Translations under genes and position numbers: made by a program
Notes under the pieces: model-generated
Databases searched by the model: none
Told to the model about the DNA's origin: nothing
Seen by the model: the letters and a program-made list of their open reading frames with translations, nothing else
Part shown: one piece after another, positions 62,831 to 64,000 of the stretch
Position numbering within the stretch: the stretch's first letter is position 1
How the letters are laid out: each line of letters begins with the position of its first letter
NCBI GenBank assembly: GCA_973895155.1
Contig: OZ316895.1
Span: forward strand, 23,014,558-23,078,557
Direction: 5' to 3'
Length of the DNA: 64,000 nt
Source of the DNA: Marsupella aquatica
Taxonomy: Eukaryota; Plantae; Marchantiophyta

Positions 62831-64000
62831 CAATGCAAACAAATGCAAGTGAGGCAAGAAAGTTGTTTAATTAAACATCTCAAATGTTGTTGCAACCATG
62901 TTGTCATTATGGCAAATGATGCAATCATTCCAATCATGAGGGTGTTGCCGCTATGCGGTTATTGCGGCCATGTTGTTGCCAAGCCCAATGCCAAAGCATT
63001 GCATAGAAACATTGAGGTAAGGTAGAGAAGTGTTGAATGAAGATTGGGGTTTTTAGGCGAATGAAACTAAAATATTGGATCTGAAATAAAAAAATTCTGT
63101 TCACTTCATGTGAAATTTTTTGTCAAATGATTGTGTAGATCTTGTTCAAAATAGCACATGAAATTATGTAATTCAAGTCAACACAAAATTATGGGATAGG
63201 GCTCAAACGGGTAGTGTGAACATGCATAAGAGTCGGGTAAGAAATCTTTATTGTTGATGATATGAAAGATGGAACAAAAGTGGGGACAAAAGAGGCAAAT
63301 GGGGGCAAAGAGTTGGGCTCCTGACTGGGGAAAGAATGAGAGCAAGACTAATGGGGAATATCAAGCAAGGCAGGTCTGACTAACTTGTGGACTGAGAAAA
63401 AGTGTTGGGAGCTTGATCTTATTGGCCTTCATTACAGGACCATCCTGTCTTTGAAAAGTTTATAAAAAAAATGCTGGAGGGTTAGATGGAATAACAAAAT
63501 TTGGACCATTTTTCTACAATGGTATTAATAACAAATAAAACAAATCAAAAAATGTCAAAACAGTAGCCTTAATTTTTGTGATTTTATTTTATCTTGGAAA
63601 ACTATATTGTTATTGTTGTGAAAGCTTTGTTGTTGGGGAGAGCAAGGATGTGGGAGGGTGAGAGGGAGTGCAAGAGAGATGATGGGCCTTGGGGCTTTGC
63701 AGGGTCAAGGTGTGGTCGTCCAATGCTATTGGGACGGGAACTTTTTGATTTTTCTCTCCCCCTTTTTTCTATTCTTCACTCGTGATTGAACCTGATTGGA
63801 CGACTTCAATCAGAAGAGTACTGGAAGAAAGGAAAACAAATCAAAACATCTGAGGAGGCAATGTTAGTAATATGCAATTTTGGCAGAGGAAGGGGACACT
63901 TTCAGCCGTGCTATGGCAGATACTACCAGCCACGACCAAATACAAACTTTCTTCATCCTCACTCTCATGCTGAACGTGGACGCAGACCTGGCAACTGTAA

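Noticed and set aside
62103-62937. Several F/L/S-rich or K/R-rich ORFs
   Set aside because: They are by-products of the purine-rich degenerate tandem array.

Overview
Eukaryotic, transposon-rich land-plant nuclear DNA. A non-seed plant such as a liverwort is my inference and is not proven here. I can support five intact protein genes: spliced 40S ribosomal protein S13/uS15 (+), a spliced GH10 endo-1,4-beta-xylanase with CBM22-type modules (+), a dolichyl-diphosphatase/LPP-gamma (-), a three-unit polyubiquitin (-) and a spliced IRK-interacting-protein-like gene (+). Mobile DNA includes a young but defective Ty1/copia LTR element (41245-47580, AAGAC TSD), a solo LTR (TCTGC TSD), a Mutator-type MITE (9-bp TSD), tRNA-derived SINEs, and decayed LINE and hAT relics. 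There are also segmental duplications and many minisatellites. The leads most worth following are: a frameshifted GrpB/UPF0157-family pseudogene that looks fungal (possible horizontal transfer); an RPS13 intron 1 of about 1.2 kb that folds into nested helices and carries snR30/U17-like m1/m2/ACA motifs; a pre-miRNA-like hairpin near 22.5 kb; and a polyubiquitin with Ala28->Thr in all three units using three different codons. Everything was read by eye; no database searches or folding computations were run, so relic and repeat boundaries are approximate.
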